Below the pieces are notes generated by a model. It made no database searches, was not told the origin of the DNA, and saw only the letters and a list, made by a program, of their open reading frames with translations. A stretch of DNA of 50,996 nt from a virus. Its lineage: Duplodnaviria > Caudoviricetes. The stretch lies in the IMG/VR virus record IMGVR_UViG_3300027743_000036, positions 1-50,996 of that record; one strand, written 5' to 3'. A program made the translations under genes and the position numbers. Below, in pieces: positions 36,919 through 45,935 of the stretch (its first letter is position 1; each line of letters begins with the position of its first letter).

Positions 36919-38726
36919 TGACTCCTCACCGGCAGCATGGCTTGAGCCGGAGCGGCCCCCATCTGCGCGTTCTGGTTAAACTGCTGCATCGAGTCCATCG
37001 GGGCCGCGCGGCCTACCGGGAACCCGCCATTCTGTGTCGTGTTGCTCCCCCCGCCGTTCTTCTTGTTCTGCTTGCCCGCCGTCTGGGAATACCACTCCAT
37101 TCTCTGCTGAAACTCGGGGTCCTCGAATATCTCTGCCACGATCTCCGAGATCCCCATATCCTCCGCCACGCGCGTCAGATAGCGGGGCAGGTTGAACGGC
37201 TGGCCCGCCTGCATCGCCACTTGCAGAGCCATGAACGCTTGCGGGACGATGTTCGTGGTGAAGCCCTGCACCGCCTGCGCTCGCGCAATCGGGTCGAGCA
37301 CGGACATAGACCGGCGCACGATCTTGAATCCGAGGGTCTCGAACTCACCCGTCTTGTCCGCCGGAGTGAGCCACATCTGACGTTCCTGCCCGTTCTCCGC
37401 CCGCTTGATGAGCGGGATGCCCGGCTCACCCGGCTGGAACATCAGGTCATCATTGTGCAGGAACCACGCGCGCTTCCCCTGAATCTCCGCCGCGAGGTCA
37501 TACACCATGTCCCGCATATCGCCGACGCCGATAGCGGCATTCTGCTGGAGAATCTGTTGACCCGTCGCCTTGTCGGAATTGACTCCCGCGCCACTCATCA
37601 GGTCGGGATTGCCCGCCACGAGATTGAACCACCCGTAAAGGCTCTGCGTCATCGCCACAGTCTCAGGCGATGCGCCCTCGTAGGAGACGGTCTTCACGCC
37701 GTCCGGGTCTTCCGTGGCGATCATCTCGCCGTCCTCGGCGTCCCGCACAGCCTCGGCGACATCGGCACTGGAGGGGCGATAGAGCGTGACATTCTTCTGC
37801 CGGTCGGCCTGGGACATGGCCTTCTTGAACAGCTTATTCGCCATGTCGCTCAGGTCGCGCCATACGCCCACGGGAGCGACCGGAAAAGGATTGTCCGGCA
37901 CAGGCTGAGTCAGGGCCCCAAAAGTATACAAACCGCTCGGCGGACCATAGTAGTCCTCAATCTTGAGGAAGTCGCTGGTGACGGCCTCGGCGGGATCGGG
38001 GATATAGCATACCGCCCGCGCCTCGGGGACCCAAAGTTCCACGATATTCACATAGTCCTGCAAGTCCATCGTATGCAGGGCTTGATTGTCGTCTTTGCTG
38101 AGTTCGTCCGCTCGGTCATCCTTGGCCTTGGGACCTGCGCGGGGGAGCCGCTCAATGACACCGCGGTCGAAGCCATCGGCGTCGAGGAGTTTGTTACGTT
38201 CGATACGAATACGGTGCCCGATGAACGAGGCCCGATCCCATGCCGTGCAGCACGGATCGGCGGTCATATCATCGAGACTGATCCGCTCCGTGTAAATCTG
38301 GCCGGGATCGACCCGGACATCCGGGGCCACATCAAACAACTGCCCGCTGGCGGCGATGCTCGTTTTGAGCACGGTCATCCCGAAGCACATATCCACAATC
38401 GCCGCACGGAGAAGCCGAGCCCCTTTGAGTTGCTCATCGAGGTCGGTCAATGCAAGCCCTAGCTTCTCCGCGTACTCCCGCTGGCGGAGGATCTTGGTGA
38501 GGACCTGCGTGCATCCCTCTTTCTGCACGAGGTTCGGTACGAGCGATCTGACCGCGAGGAAGACCAGATTGATAGGTCTCTCGCCGGTGATGCCCTGAAT
38601 CTTCTCAAAGTATTCGTCTACGTATTGTTTTATGTGGTCCGCGCGGGCCTTGCGGAAATGGTCGAACCTCTTGAAGCCCTCGGCCACGGACTCGCTGAGC
38701 TTATTGGCGGATAGTTCTACTGCCAT
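36915..38726 (-). CDS. Portal protein
   Basis: 603 aa directly after TerL; helical with KATG...I motif and Gln-rich tail. Confidence 0.8.
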   Translation of the reverse strand: MAVELSANKLSESVAEGFKRFDHFRKARADHIKQYVDEYFEKIQGITGERPINLVFLAVRSLVPNLVQKEGCTQVLTKILRQREYAEKLGLALTDLDEQLKGARLLRAAIVDMCFGMTVLKTSIAASGQLFDVAPDVRVDPGQIYTERISLDDMTADPCCTAWDRASFIGHRIRIERNKLLDADGFDRGVIERLPRAGPKAKDDRADELSKDDNQALHTMDLQDYVNIVELWVPEARAVCYIPDPAEAVTSDFLKIEDYYGPPSGLYTFGALTQPVPDNPFPVAPVGVWRDLSDMANKLFKKAMSQADRQKNVTLYRPSSADVAEAVRDAEDGEMIATEDPDGVKTVSYEGASPETVAMTQSLYGWFNLVAGNPDLMSGAGVNSDKATGQQILQQNAAIGVGDMRDMVYDLAAEIQGKRAWFLHNDDLMFQPGEPGIPLIKRAENGQERQMWLTPADKTGEFETLGFKIVRRSMSVLDPIARAQAVQGFTTNIVPQAFMALQVAMQAGQPFNLPRYLTRVAEDMGISEIVAEIFEDPEFQQRMEWYSQTAGKQNKKNGGGSNTTQNGGFPVGRAAPMDSMQQFNQNAQMGAAPAQAMLPVRSQ

Positions 38727-38729
38727 AGT

Positions 38730-40640
38730 TTACCCGTAATTAAACGCCCTCTGCCATCCCTTTGACTTTTTTTGGCTTACCTGCCACGCCCGAAATCTCG
38801 CCCCCCACGTACCCTGCGGCGCGGCCTCACTCTCCGCTTTAGGCTTTAGGACCTCGCGGTCCATCACGGTCAAAGCGTCAGCAATAACCCTGTCCCCGTG
38901 TCCCAAATATTCCGATTTATCCTTGTCCACCAACTCCGCGGGACCGCAACCGCCGCCCGGATACGTGATGTACGTTCGAGCCTGATCGAGGCTCTGTTTG
39001 TCCCGATTAACGATCCGGTTCTCAATCAAAGCCCGCTCGTAGGCGCGAAGCATGACGGCCTTGCGCTCGCGGCTGGAGTGCCAGCCCCATCGGGCGGTCT
39101 TCTTCTCCGCCACATTCCCCACCGTCTCGTCGCGGTAGTAGTAGGGATACTTCAACTCGTGGACGAACACGTTCCCGAAGTCGAGGCCGGGCCCGTTTTG
39201 CTCCCAAATGACAAACGGCAGACGTTGGGGAGCCCCGCCGCCCACCCAGAGACATAGAGCGGCAACGACTCTTGCGGCATTATAAGGAGCGGTTGTTCGG
39301 CTTGCCCATTTAGCGACGATCTCGCCTGTCTGTTTGCACTTGACCGAGACGACGCTTTCGCTCGTGCCTTCACCGCCAAGCCCTTTACTGAGGTCAATGC
39401 CGAGGATATAGCTGCGGCTCTGATCGAGCCGCCCGTTAGTCAACGGGACCCACACGGCCAATTCGCCGTCACGAGCCCGAGACAGAGACACCGCCTTGAG
39501 GTCGCGTGTGCGAAACAGTCGTGCCACGTCCGCGTTGGGGATCTTGTCGCGGAGTTTGATATTGAAGCGTTCCTTCGGCTCGCGGCAGTACAACGCCTGG
39601 TGCTTGTCGAGATCGGCGCGCGTGAAGAACGTATCGCCTACCGCGCCCTCCTGGGCGTAGATCTCCTTATCGACTTCCTTCCGGCCATTGCGGGCGATCT
39701 CATGCTCGATGAAGGGCGACGTGATCCGGTATTCCTTCGTCGTCTCATCCTGTAAGATAAAACGACCTGCGCCCTTGCGCGGGTGGTCCCACGCCATCAG
39801 GGAGAACACCTTGATCGTGCCGGAGTTCTTCCAGTTCGAGTAGCAACTGCCCGGCAGATCGACCGTCGAGTTCACGATACGGCAGGGACACACGGCGGCG
39901 GTGGACCGCTTGATGCTCTCGCCGTTGTTCATCTTCGCCATCTCATCAAGGAGAATCAGGCCCGCCCGGTCGCCGGAGAAGGCGGACTTGTTCGTGCTCT
40001 CGCCCGCAATCGTGGAACCGTTCTTCTCGTTATGCAGTCGCATACTCGTCCGATTGTCACGGCCCCGAACGAGGACGCCAGGCGGACACATCCACTCCGG
40101 CAGATAAGTATTTACGGTATCGTGCTTGAAAAACAGTGACTTACTGATCGGGCTGTCCACGAGGTCCTCAACACGGCTCATCTCTCGGAGTTGCAGGTTC
40201 GACCGACCGAACAGCCAGAGCCAGTGAATGAACAGGGCGATCAACCACGACGCCCCCATATCTCTCGACTTGTCAATGAGCCCGTCGTGCCCCTCAAGGA
40301 AACAGGCCAGGAGGAACTCGACCATCTCGTCCTGCCGCTCGTAGGTCAGGAACGGATGCAGGCTGACAGGCGACACGACGTAACTGTGCGTCTGTTGGCT
40401 GACCTCCATCTCCCAAAGCGTCCAGGCGAACGAGTTAATCCAGAACAATGCCGACTGCCTGCACGCTGCAAGCAGGTCTTTTTGCAGCACCGGATCGGAC
40501 GCCGCCTTATGCAACAGCCGCTCTCGGTAGGCGACGTTCTCCGCCTCCCGCATCGGGATCTTGAGGCCGGTCGCGGGATCGGTCCACCATTCTCTATTTG
40601 TTGGAAATGGTGTAGATAGCTCGGGTTTAACAGTCGTCAC
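38730..40640 (-). CDS. terL: Terminase large subunit
   Basis: KSRDMGASW Walker A, LILLDE Walker B, NST, ILGIDLS nuclease, HGDRVIA. Confidence 0.9.
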   Translation of the reverse strand: MTTVKPELSTPFPTNREWWTDPATGLKIPMREAENVAYRERLLHKAASDPVLQKDLLAACRQSALFWINSFAWTLWEMEVSQQTHSYVVSPVSLHPFLTYERQDEMVEFLLACFLEGHDGLIDKSRDMGASWLIALFIHWLWLFGRSNLQLREMSRVEDLVDSPISKSLFFKHDTVNTYLPEWMCPPGVLVRGRDNRTSMRLHNEKNGSTIAGESTNKSAFSGDRAGLILLDEMAKMNNGESIKRSTAAVCPCRIVNSTVDLPGSCYSNWKNSGTIKVFSLMAWDHPRKGAGRFILQDETTKEYRITSPFIEHEIARNGRKEVDKEIYAQEGAVGDTFFTRADLDKHQALYCREPKERFNIKLRDKIPNADVARLFRTRDLKAVSLSRARDGELAVWVPLTNGRLDQSRSYILGIDLSKGLGGEGTSESVVSVKCKQTGEIVAKWASRTTAPYNAARVVAALCLWVGGGAPQRLPFVIWEQNGPGLDFGNVFVHELKYPYYYRDETVGNVAEKKTARWGWHSSRERKAVMLRAYERALIENRIVNRDKQSLDQARTYITYPGGGCGPAELVDKDKSEYLGHGDRVIADALTVMDREVLKPKAESEAAPQGTWGARFRAWQVSQKKSKGWQRAFNYG

Positions 40641-40804
40641 GCACTGTCCTCGTTAGTGCGGTTCGCCTCTTCAAGAATCGCGTCTAACTTCTCTTTAACC
40701 GGACGACATACATGTGGATTGCCCACGGTTGGCCCCTCTGCCTCCAAATTGGCGTGGCAATAAGGACATTCCCACGGGGCATAATCAGTGTCAAACAGAC
40801 CCAT
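40637..40804 (-). CDS. Small Zn-binding protein (55 aa)
   Basis: MGLFDTDYAPWECPYCH...HVC; GGAGG RBS; not in ORF track. Confidence 0.55.
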   Translation of the reverse strand: MGLFDTDYAPWECPYCHANLEAEGPTVGNPHVCRPVKEKLDAILEEANRTNEDSA

Positions 40805-41198
40805 TGAGTTCCTCCGCCATCGCGTTCAGCCGGTCCACGTTCATCCGCGAAATCTTCTGGGGCACCGTCTCCCGTTCCGACTCTTTCTCCTCGCCCTGTA
40901 TGCCGGGCTTGCCCTCTACGCGGTCCAGAACAAGTTTCACCACGTCGAGATTAGGCTCTACAATCTCCCCATCATTACCTTTATGCGGCAATGCTTTTTG
41001 CCACAGCCATCGAGCGAGTCGTTCCGCTTTACTCATCAACTTCGGCGGGCCGGGGTTTGGCCTGTCATCAGGAACTACTTCGGTAATTTCCTGCGCCACT
41101 GCGCGTAGGTACTCACTCAATACACGCCCTGCGCGTTGCTTATGGCCGCGCTCTAGAAGGGGCTCATTCTCGGGGGTTGGTTTGCTTTTCTTCGCCAT
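40791..41198 (-). CDS. Terminase small subunit (putative)
   Basis: KA..G......VKLVLDRVEGKP motif; upstream of TerL. Confidence 0.65.
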   Translation of the reverse strand: MAKKSKPTPENEPLLERGHKQRAGRVLSEYLRAVAQEITEVVPDDRPNPGPPKLMSKAERLARWLWQKALPHKGNDGEIVEPNLDVVKLVLDRVEGKPGIQGEEKESERETVPQKISRMNVDRLNAMAEELNGSV

Positions 41199-41248
41199 CC
41201 TCAACCTCATCCGGCAACTCTTCTCTCAACGCTTCTCTCAACACATCA

Positions 41249-41428
41249 TCACACATTCTTGTTCCTCTTCTTGTTCGGAGACCTGATCGGGTCAAATCGC
41301 AGTTGATACTTGCCCCCGCGCTTCCGCACGTATACCCGGTGCCTCAACCCACACCTACAACACTCAATTCTTGTATCGGGGGTATATCCCCACCACTCCC
41401 CGCCATACGCCTGCTCATAATTCTTCAC
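41249..41428 (-). CDS. Small Zn-ribbon protein
   Basis: CCRCGLRH; GTG start overlapping upstream gene. Confidence 0.5.
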   Translation of the reverse strand: MKNYEQAYGGEWWGYTPDTRIECCRCGLRHRVYVRKRGGKYQLRFDPIRSPNKKRNKNV

Positions 41429-41663
41429 CCCGGACCCTCCACAATAGCACGACCGAGGCCGTCGCCCCGCCCAGGGCGCAGGCCACAATCTCAGCGAGCG
41501 TACCCGACCGGGCGAGCCACACTCCGACACTGATAGCCAGCATCTCGTCTACGAAGATAACGCCAGAGAGCCGCCATAGTTGCCGACGCTCCAAGGCGAG
41601 CCCCCGATAAAGGGCCAAGGACCATGTAATCAGTCCGGCGAGATACGCCAAGAGGAGGGTCAT
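41415..41663 (-). CDS. Small three-TM membrane protein
   Basis: Hydrophobic helices, ALGGATA. Confidence 0.55.
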   Translation of the reverse strand: MTLLLAYLAGLITWSLALYRGLALERRQLWRLSGVIFVDEMLAISVGVWLARSGTLAEIVACALGGATASVVLLWRVRGEEL

Positions 41664-41681
41664 CGGTCTGCTCCGGGGTCA

Positions 41682-41870
41682 TTAACTTACTCTCCTGCCG
41701 TCACGTGTTATCTTTCCCTGCGCTTCAAGTTCCATATACCGTTGGTTGAACATCTCGCGGGTAATCAGCCCCAGGGCGAGGGCATACCGCAAGTCCCGCT
41801 CCTCCCGACCCGTGCGGCATGGCCGGAGGTCATCGCCTTTTCCCGCCCCCTCTACGTCACGAGGCATCAT
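41682..41870 (-). CDS. Hypothetical protein
   Basis: GGAG RBS; GKGDDLRP motif. Confidence 0.55.
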   Translation of the reverse strand: MMPRDVEGAGKGDDLRPCRTGREERDLRYALALGLITREMFNQRYMELEAQGKITRDGRRVS

Positions 41871-42102
41871 TCTCCGCCTCCACCGGCCATACCGCGGCGA
41901 TGTCCTTCTCCTGGATAATCAAAGCGGGTTTATCGCCGTAATACTCTGGATCATGTCCTCGGCAAACCAGATATAGTAGGGCAATCAATTCCTCTTTGGT
42001 AAAGTTATCCAAAGAACGCCCTTTATAGACTAATTTCCCGGCAGAGCTGTAATCCACTTCTTGTGGAGAAAGAGAGTATTTGATTGCGGCTAAAGACGAC
42101 AT
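41857..42102 (-). CDS. Hypothetical protein (AT-richer)
   Basis: Fills gap in operon. Confidence 0.5.
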   Translation of the reverse strand: MSSLAAIKYSLSPQEVDYSSAGKLVYKGRSLDNFTKEELIALLYLVCRGHDPEYYGDKPALIIQEKDIAAVWPVEAENDAS

Positions 42103-42103
42103 A

Positions 42104-42949
42104 TCAGAACCCCTGGAAACTATGACTGCCGAACCCCTCCGCCGCCGGGGCCACCTTGCGGGCCTCCGGCTGGACGACCTCGAACCGGCACAGGGCGAAC
42201 CACGCCCGCACCGCCTGCACCGTGTCGCGGAACCGCGCCACCGGTACCGAGAAATTCAACGTCTCCGCCTGCCCCGCCACGAGGACTCCGATCACCCGGC
42301 CCTGCATGTCAAAACACGGCCCCCCGGAGTTGCCGGGGAAGGCGGGACTGGTGGTCTGAATCATGGCGTGCCAGCCATACCGCCGGTAGGAGTCCCACCC
42401 AGGCCGGTTGTAGAGGTCCCTCGGCCGGGCCGAGAGAATCCCCAGGCTGACGGTATTGGCATTGTCCTTGCCGAGCGGACTGCCGAGGATAAACACCGCG
42501 TCCCCCACCCGCAGCGTGTCCTCTTGGGCAAGCTCGGCGTAGGGCAGGTTCGGCTCCCGGCCCGCGAGGTCCAGTTGCATGAAGCTAATGTCGTTCTCGC
42601 GGTCCTCGATGACGTACTTGACCTTGTAGGTCTTGCCGTCGTCCAGCGTCACCGTGTAGTCGCCGGGCTCCGCGTCCGAGACGTGCTTGGCGGTGAACAG
42701 AATGCCGTCGGAGGTAATCAGGCACCCCGACCCCTGGCAGACCCCTACCTTGCCGACGTGGACCACGGCCCCGCGGACCTGCTCAACCTGGTCGGCGATG
42801 GAGAGCGGCTGCTGTACTACCTGTACGGTCTGTATGACCTGGGGCTGAGGAGTCAGATGACTCATCGAATAGACCCCCGCACCCACTACCACAAGGAAAC
42901 AGGCGACTACCACAGTCACGACCGCATGGAAACCGTCGATACGTCCCAT
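42104..42949 (-). CDS. Trypsin-like (S1C/HtrA-like, no PDZ) serine protease with N-terminal TM/signal
   Basis: GSG, TAKHV (His), ENDISF (Asp), GSPLG, PGNSGGP (Ser). Confidence 0.9.
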   Translation of the reverse strand: MGRIDGFHAVVTVVVACFLVVVGAGVYSMSHLTPQPQVIQTVQVVQQPLSIADQVEQVRGAVVHVGKVGVCQGSGCLITSDGILFTAKHVSDAEPGDYTVTLDDGKTYKVKYVIEDRENDISFMQLDLAGREPNLPYAELAQEDTLRVGDAVFILGSPLGKDNANTVSLGILSARPRDLYNRPGWDSYRRYGWHAMIQTTSPAFPGNSGGPCFDMQGRVIGVLVAGQAETLNFSVPVARFRDTVQAVRAWFALCRFEVVQPEARKVAPAAEGFGSHSFQGF

Positions 42950-42953
42950 ACCT

Positions 42954-43301
42954 CTACTCCTGCAACCGCGCTATATAAAGAGACGCCCCGGATGCCAGGG
43001 CCTCGTAGTGCAGCGTCGTGTATCCTACGGGCATGTGGAACACGAGAATCCCGTTGACCGGGACGTACCAGACGGCGTTAGCCGCGGTCGTCACGTCCGC
43101 CACGCCCATAATCCAGTCGCCCCCGGCGGTAGGGTCGGCCATCGCAACGTAGGTAGCCCCGGTGGTGAGGGCCTGGGTGTGGTCGCCCCCCGTGGCTGCG
43201 TCAGTGAGCTTGATCCCGGACGCCAGAACCGGGGTGTATCCGAGGGCACCGGGGGGAACCGTGAAGCCGCCATTGTCGATCAATCGTGTGGCTGTCGCCA
43301 T
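42954..43301 (-). CDS. Hypothetical beta-rich protein, first late gene
   Basis: TAGGAG RBS. Confidence 0.65.
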   Translation of the reverse strand: MATATRLIDNGGFTVPPGALGYTPVLASGIKLTDAATGGDHTQALTTGATYVAMADPTAGGDWIMGVADVTTAANAVWYVPVNGILVFHMPVGYTTLHYEALASGASLYIARLQE

Positions 43302-43373
43302 CGTGTAGGTCTCCTAAAGTGAGCGTTGTGTGTGGGTCCCCTGGTCGTCAGTTATTCCCCGGTTGGGACGACT

Positions 43374-43424
43374 CCGCGCTACGCCGTATGGCGTTTCGGG
43401 GCGTGACCCCCTCATCAGGCGCAA
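43374..43424 (-). ncRNA. Hammerhead ribozyme (type I)
   Basis: Minus strand UUGCGC-CUGAUGA-GGGG(GUCACG)CCCC-GAA-ACGCC(AUAC)GGCGU-A-GCGCGG: full core, three stems, GUA cleavage triplet. Confidence 0.88.
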
Positions 43425-43537
43425 TAATACCGGGCCAGATGCCACCTGCGCAGGGACCCATTGGTGGCCCACGCACAACACCCACGTTAACGGGGACCTC
43501 GTGCGTGGCCCCTGGGCGGAGCCCGCGCACGCGTCCC

Positions 43538-43564
43538 TCTATAGTTCCCCGCAATCATGGGGTC
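43538..43564 (-). promoter_or_regulatory. 27-bp element (copy 2), candidate late promoter
   Basis: Identical to 619-645; upstream of structured late leader. Confidence 0.65.
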
Positions 43565-43762
43565 CGGAGGTCAGATTTATGGCCTGTTTTGGTGGATTTT
43601 TTACAATTTTTTGTGTGGGTGTTGTAAGTGGTTGATATACCGGGGGTTATGGATAGCGGAGTGAGTTTGTCGGGTATTGGGAATTTTAGGTGTGGCGCGG
43701 GGGTCCCGGGTACGGGGGGCCCAAGGCGGAAATACCCCAGCAAGGGTGGTACCGCGGGGGGT

Positions 43763-43861
43763 CGCGCGCGCACGCACGCGCACGCGCACGCGCACGCGCA
43801 CGCGCACGCGCACGCGCACGCGCACGCGCACGCGCACGCGCACGCGCACGCGCGCACGCGC
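43763..43861. repeat. (CACGCG)13 tandem repeat within ~99-bp perfect purine/pyrimidine alternation
   Basis: Read directly; tandem units at 43775-43852. Confidence 0.95.
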
Positions 43862-43970
43862 TCAACCCCACGTGCGCCATACCCTTAGCGTATGGCGCAC
43901 AATTCCACGCACGTAACTACAGCATACACAAGCACTTACAACTATCTGCAACAATCTTACGAGAATTATG

Positions 43971-43999
43971 TTGACAATCGCAAGCTCCTGTGGTAGACT
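43971..43999 (+). promoter_or_regulatory. sigma70-like early promoter PE1
   Basis: TTGACA-17 nt-TAGACT with extended TG. Confidence 0.8.
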
Positions 44000-44069
44000 G
44001 TGCATAGTGCTGGCAAGCATGGGACGCCGGGTTGTAGAGGCAACATTAACCCTATTGAGGAGATAGAAC

Positions 44070-44150
44070 ATGAAACGGGTAGCGCAAGCGATCATCGGCG
44101 GTATAGTGTTTATCGCGGCAATTGAACTAATCATTCGGTGCATGCCTTAA
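44070..44150 (+). CDS. Small hydrophobic peptide (26 aa)
   Basis: GAGGAG RBS; MKRVAQAIIGGIVFIAAIELIIRCMP. Confidence 0.5.
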   Translation: MKRVAQAIIGGIVFIAAIELIIRCMP

Positions 44151-44166
44151 GCAGAGGAGAAAATTC

Positions 44167-44391
44167 ATGAGAACACACTACAAAAACGGTGACGAACTCA
44201 GTCTACAACACACGGGATGTGATGGATGCAGTCCATCTATGGTCAATGGGCGCATCTGTCACGAGCAGGGGTGCCCGGACGCATGGAGAGACCAGGAACG
44301 CAAATGCAAGTGGTGCGGCAGTAAATTCCACCCGGTGGATCGGGAACAACTGTGCTGCGGCGAAGAGTGCGTACAATCCTACTGCAATTGA
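44167..44391 (+). CDS. Cys-rich early protein
   Basis: CDGC...NG..CHEQGCP...CKWCG; GAGGAG RBS. Confidence 0.7.
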   Translation: MRTHYKNGDELSLQHTGCDGCSPSMVNGRICHEQGCPDAWRDQERKCKWCGSKFHPVDREQLCCGEECVQSYCN

Positions 44392-44621
44392 GCCCCAATA
44401 TCGGGGCGGAAGGAGACAATATGACTACAGAATATCGGCACCATCCAAACACGGGCGAATATCAGGCGCGCGATAAATGCCGACATTGTGACACCATAAT
44501 TAATCGCTGGCACCGATGTAGCAAAGTGCCGCGACTATGTTTGGTGGAACGTACACGAGCCTGTCCAAAATGTGGCAAGGAATCAGGAGTGCGGGCATAC
44601 TATTGAGCCCCAATATCGGGG
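44387..44621 (+). repeat. 20-bp direct repeats ATTGAGCCCCAATATCGGGG (44387-44406, 44602-44621)
   Basis: Exact copies, each containing the TGA stop of the preceding ORF. Confidence 0.9.
44421..44606 (+). CDS. Small Zn-ribbon early protein
   Basis: AAGGAG RBS; CRHC...CPKCG. Confidence 0.65.
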   Translation: MTTEYRHHPNTGEYQARDKCRHCDTIINRWHRCSKVPRLCLVERTRACPKCGKESGVRAYY

Positions 44622-44630
44622 GACGGTATC

Positions 44631-44653
44631 AGGCCGGTCGATCCGGCCTTTTT
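44631..44653 (+). terminator. Rho-independent terminator of PE1 unit
   Basis: AGGCCGG-TCGAT-CCGGCCT-TTTT. Confidence 0.75.
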
Positions 44654-45135
44654 CGTGCGCGTGCGGTGCTTTTTGTGCGCGTGCGCGCCCGGAAATGGGC
44701 GCGGACTGCCATTTTGGCAGGTTTTTGAGGCTATTTACCACGATATTAGCGCCGTCCAAGCTTCCATCCTGCAAACCCCGACCGCAACAGCCTACTCAGG
44801 GCTTGAAAAACACCGTTTTTGCTTTAATACTATACTTCTTCCCTATCTTCCCCCTCTTTCAGAGAAAAAAGAAGAAGAAATAGACTCCTATACCTTTTTG
44901 TGTAGCTTATATAGTATAAGTATAGCTTAACACAGTATTAGATTCTCAGGTACGCACTAAGTGCCATTATGGAAATCGTAATTTACCCCATTCTTATTCA
45001 AGTGTTTTGTGCGTATTTCCCACAAGAAACATACGCCAGTGCGGTTTTTCGTGCCCTACCCTGCCCCCAAGTCGAGGCAAAAACACGCACTATATCTCCT
45101 TATAAAGATTTCGATAGAGAAAAAATAGATTTATA

Positions 45136-45164
45136 TTGACACGTTATCAGTGCGTAGGTATACT
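45136..45164 (+). promoter_or_regulatory. sigma70-like early promoter PE2
   Basis: TTGACA-17 nt-TATACT, A-rich UP-like region. Confidence 0.8.
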
Positions 45165-45183
45165 ATATGCAAAAGGAGACACA

Positions 45184-45720
45184 ATGTATTATTGGCGAAA
45201 TCACGATAGCGTAGCTGCAACCGATGCCGACATTCCACCCGATCCTGCATGGGTAGCGATACCGCCAGAGCAAACATTCCCGGCGTATAGCTATTTCATA
45301 CACGGAAATTATCTCACTCCTGTTGATCCCCGAACATGGGAGAAGCTCACCGGACTGAGAGCCGCACGTCGCAAAGACTACTGCATGGTGTGCGGTAAAT
45401 TCAAGCCTTGCGGATGTCGAACCCGCTATCGCCCACACAAATTACGCACGAAAACATGGCACGCAAATTCACGAGGGGAATACTATGCCGGTATGAACAA
45501 ACTTGGATACGCCTATGATGCAGATAGCGAGTGGGCCTACATCACGGCAAGCTGGGAAAACGTCAGCCATAAGGACGCGCTGCGGCGAATAAACGGCTAT
45601 CCGAGCACGCCGTGCACGTTCGGGGGACCTGATAAGGGCATCACTTATCAGCAATTTCGAGCACTGGTGAATCGAAACAAGACGCGAGCACAACTTCATA
45701 AGGAGTGCCTGGATGAATAG
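45184..45720 (+). CDS. Hypothetical early protein
   Basis: AAGGAG RBS after PE2. Confidence 0.65.
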   Translation: MYYWRNHDSVAATDADIPPDPAWVAIPPEQTFPAYSYFIHGNYLTPVDPRTWEKLTGLRAARRKDYCMVCGKFKPCGCRTRYRPHKLRTKTWHANSRGEYYAGMNKLGYAYDADSEWAYITASWENVSHKDALRRINGYPSTPCTFGGPDKGITYQQFRALVNRNKTRAQLHKECLDE

Positions 45721-45859
45721 CTACTGTCCCCACACCCCCGGCGGCGTCTGCAACACGTCGCGATGTCCCCGGCCGGGCGATTGTCCCCGATACGCGCAGC
45801 AGCGCGCCGCGCAGTACATCGAAGGGCAGAAAAAAATTTCAAAAAAAGCGTATAAGCGC

Positions 45860-45888
45860 TTGACACGCCGTAAATCATAGTGTAAAGT
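45860..45888 (+). promoter_or_regulatory. sigma70-like early promoter PE3
   Basis: TTGACA-17 nt-TAAAGT preceded by two A-tracts. Confidence 0.75.
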
Positions 45889-45935
45889 ATAGATGTAAGC
45901 TGGCAAGCTAAAACCCTAAATGAGGAGATCAGACA

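Noticed and set aside
25655-38730. Recurrent in-frame stop-NNN-ATG junctions as evidence of stop-codon recoding
   Set aside because: Mostly TAA stops with an RBS overlapping the upstream gene end; genes are full length in the standard code, so ordinary translational coupling
43555-43974. ORFs with (AC)n, (RV)n, (HA)n, (RT)n, (RA)n dipeptide runs
   Set aside because: Translations of the non-coding CACGCG repeat
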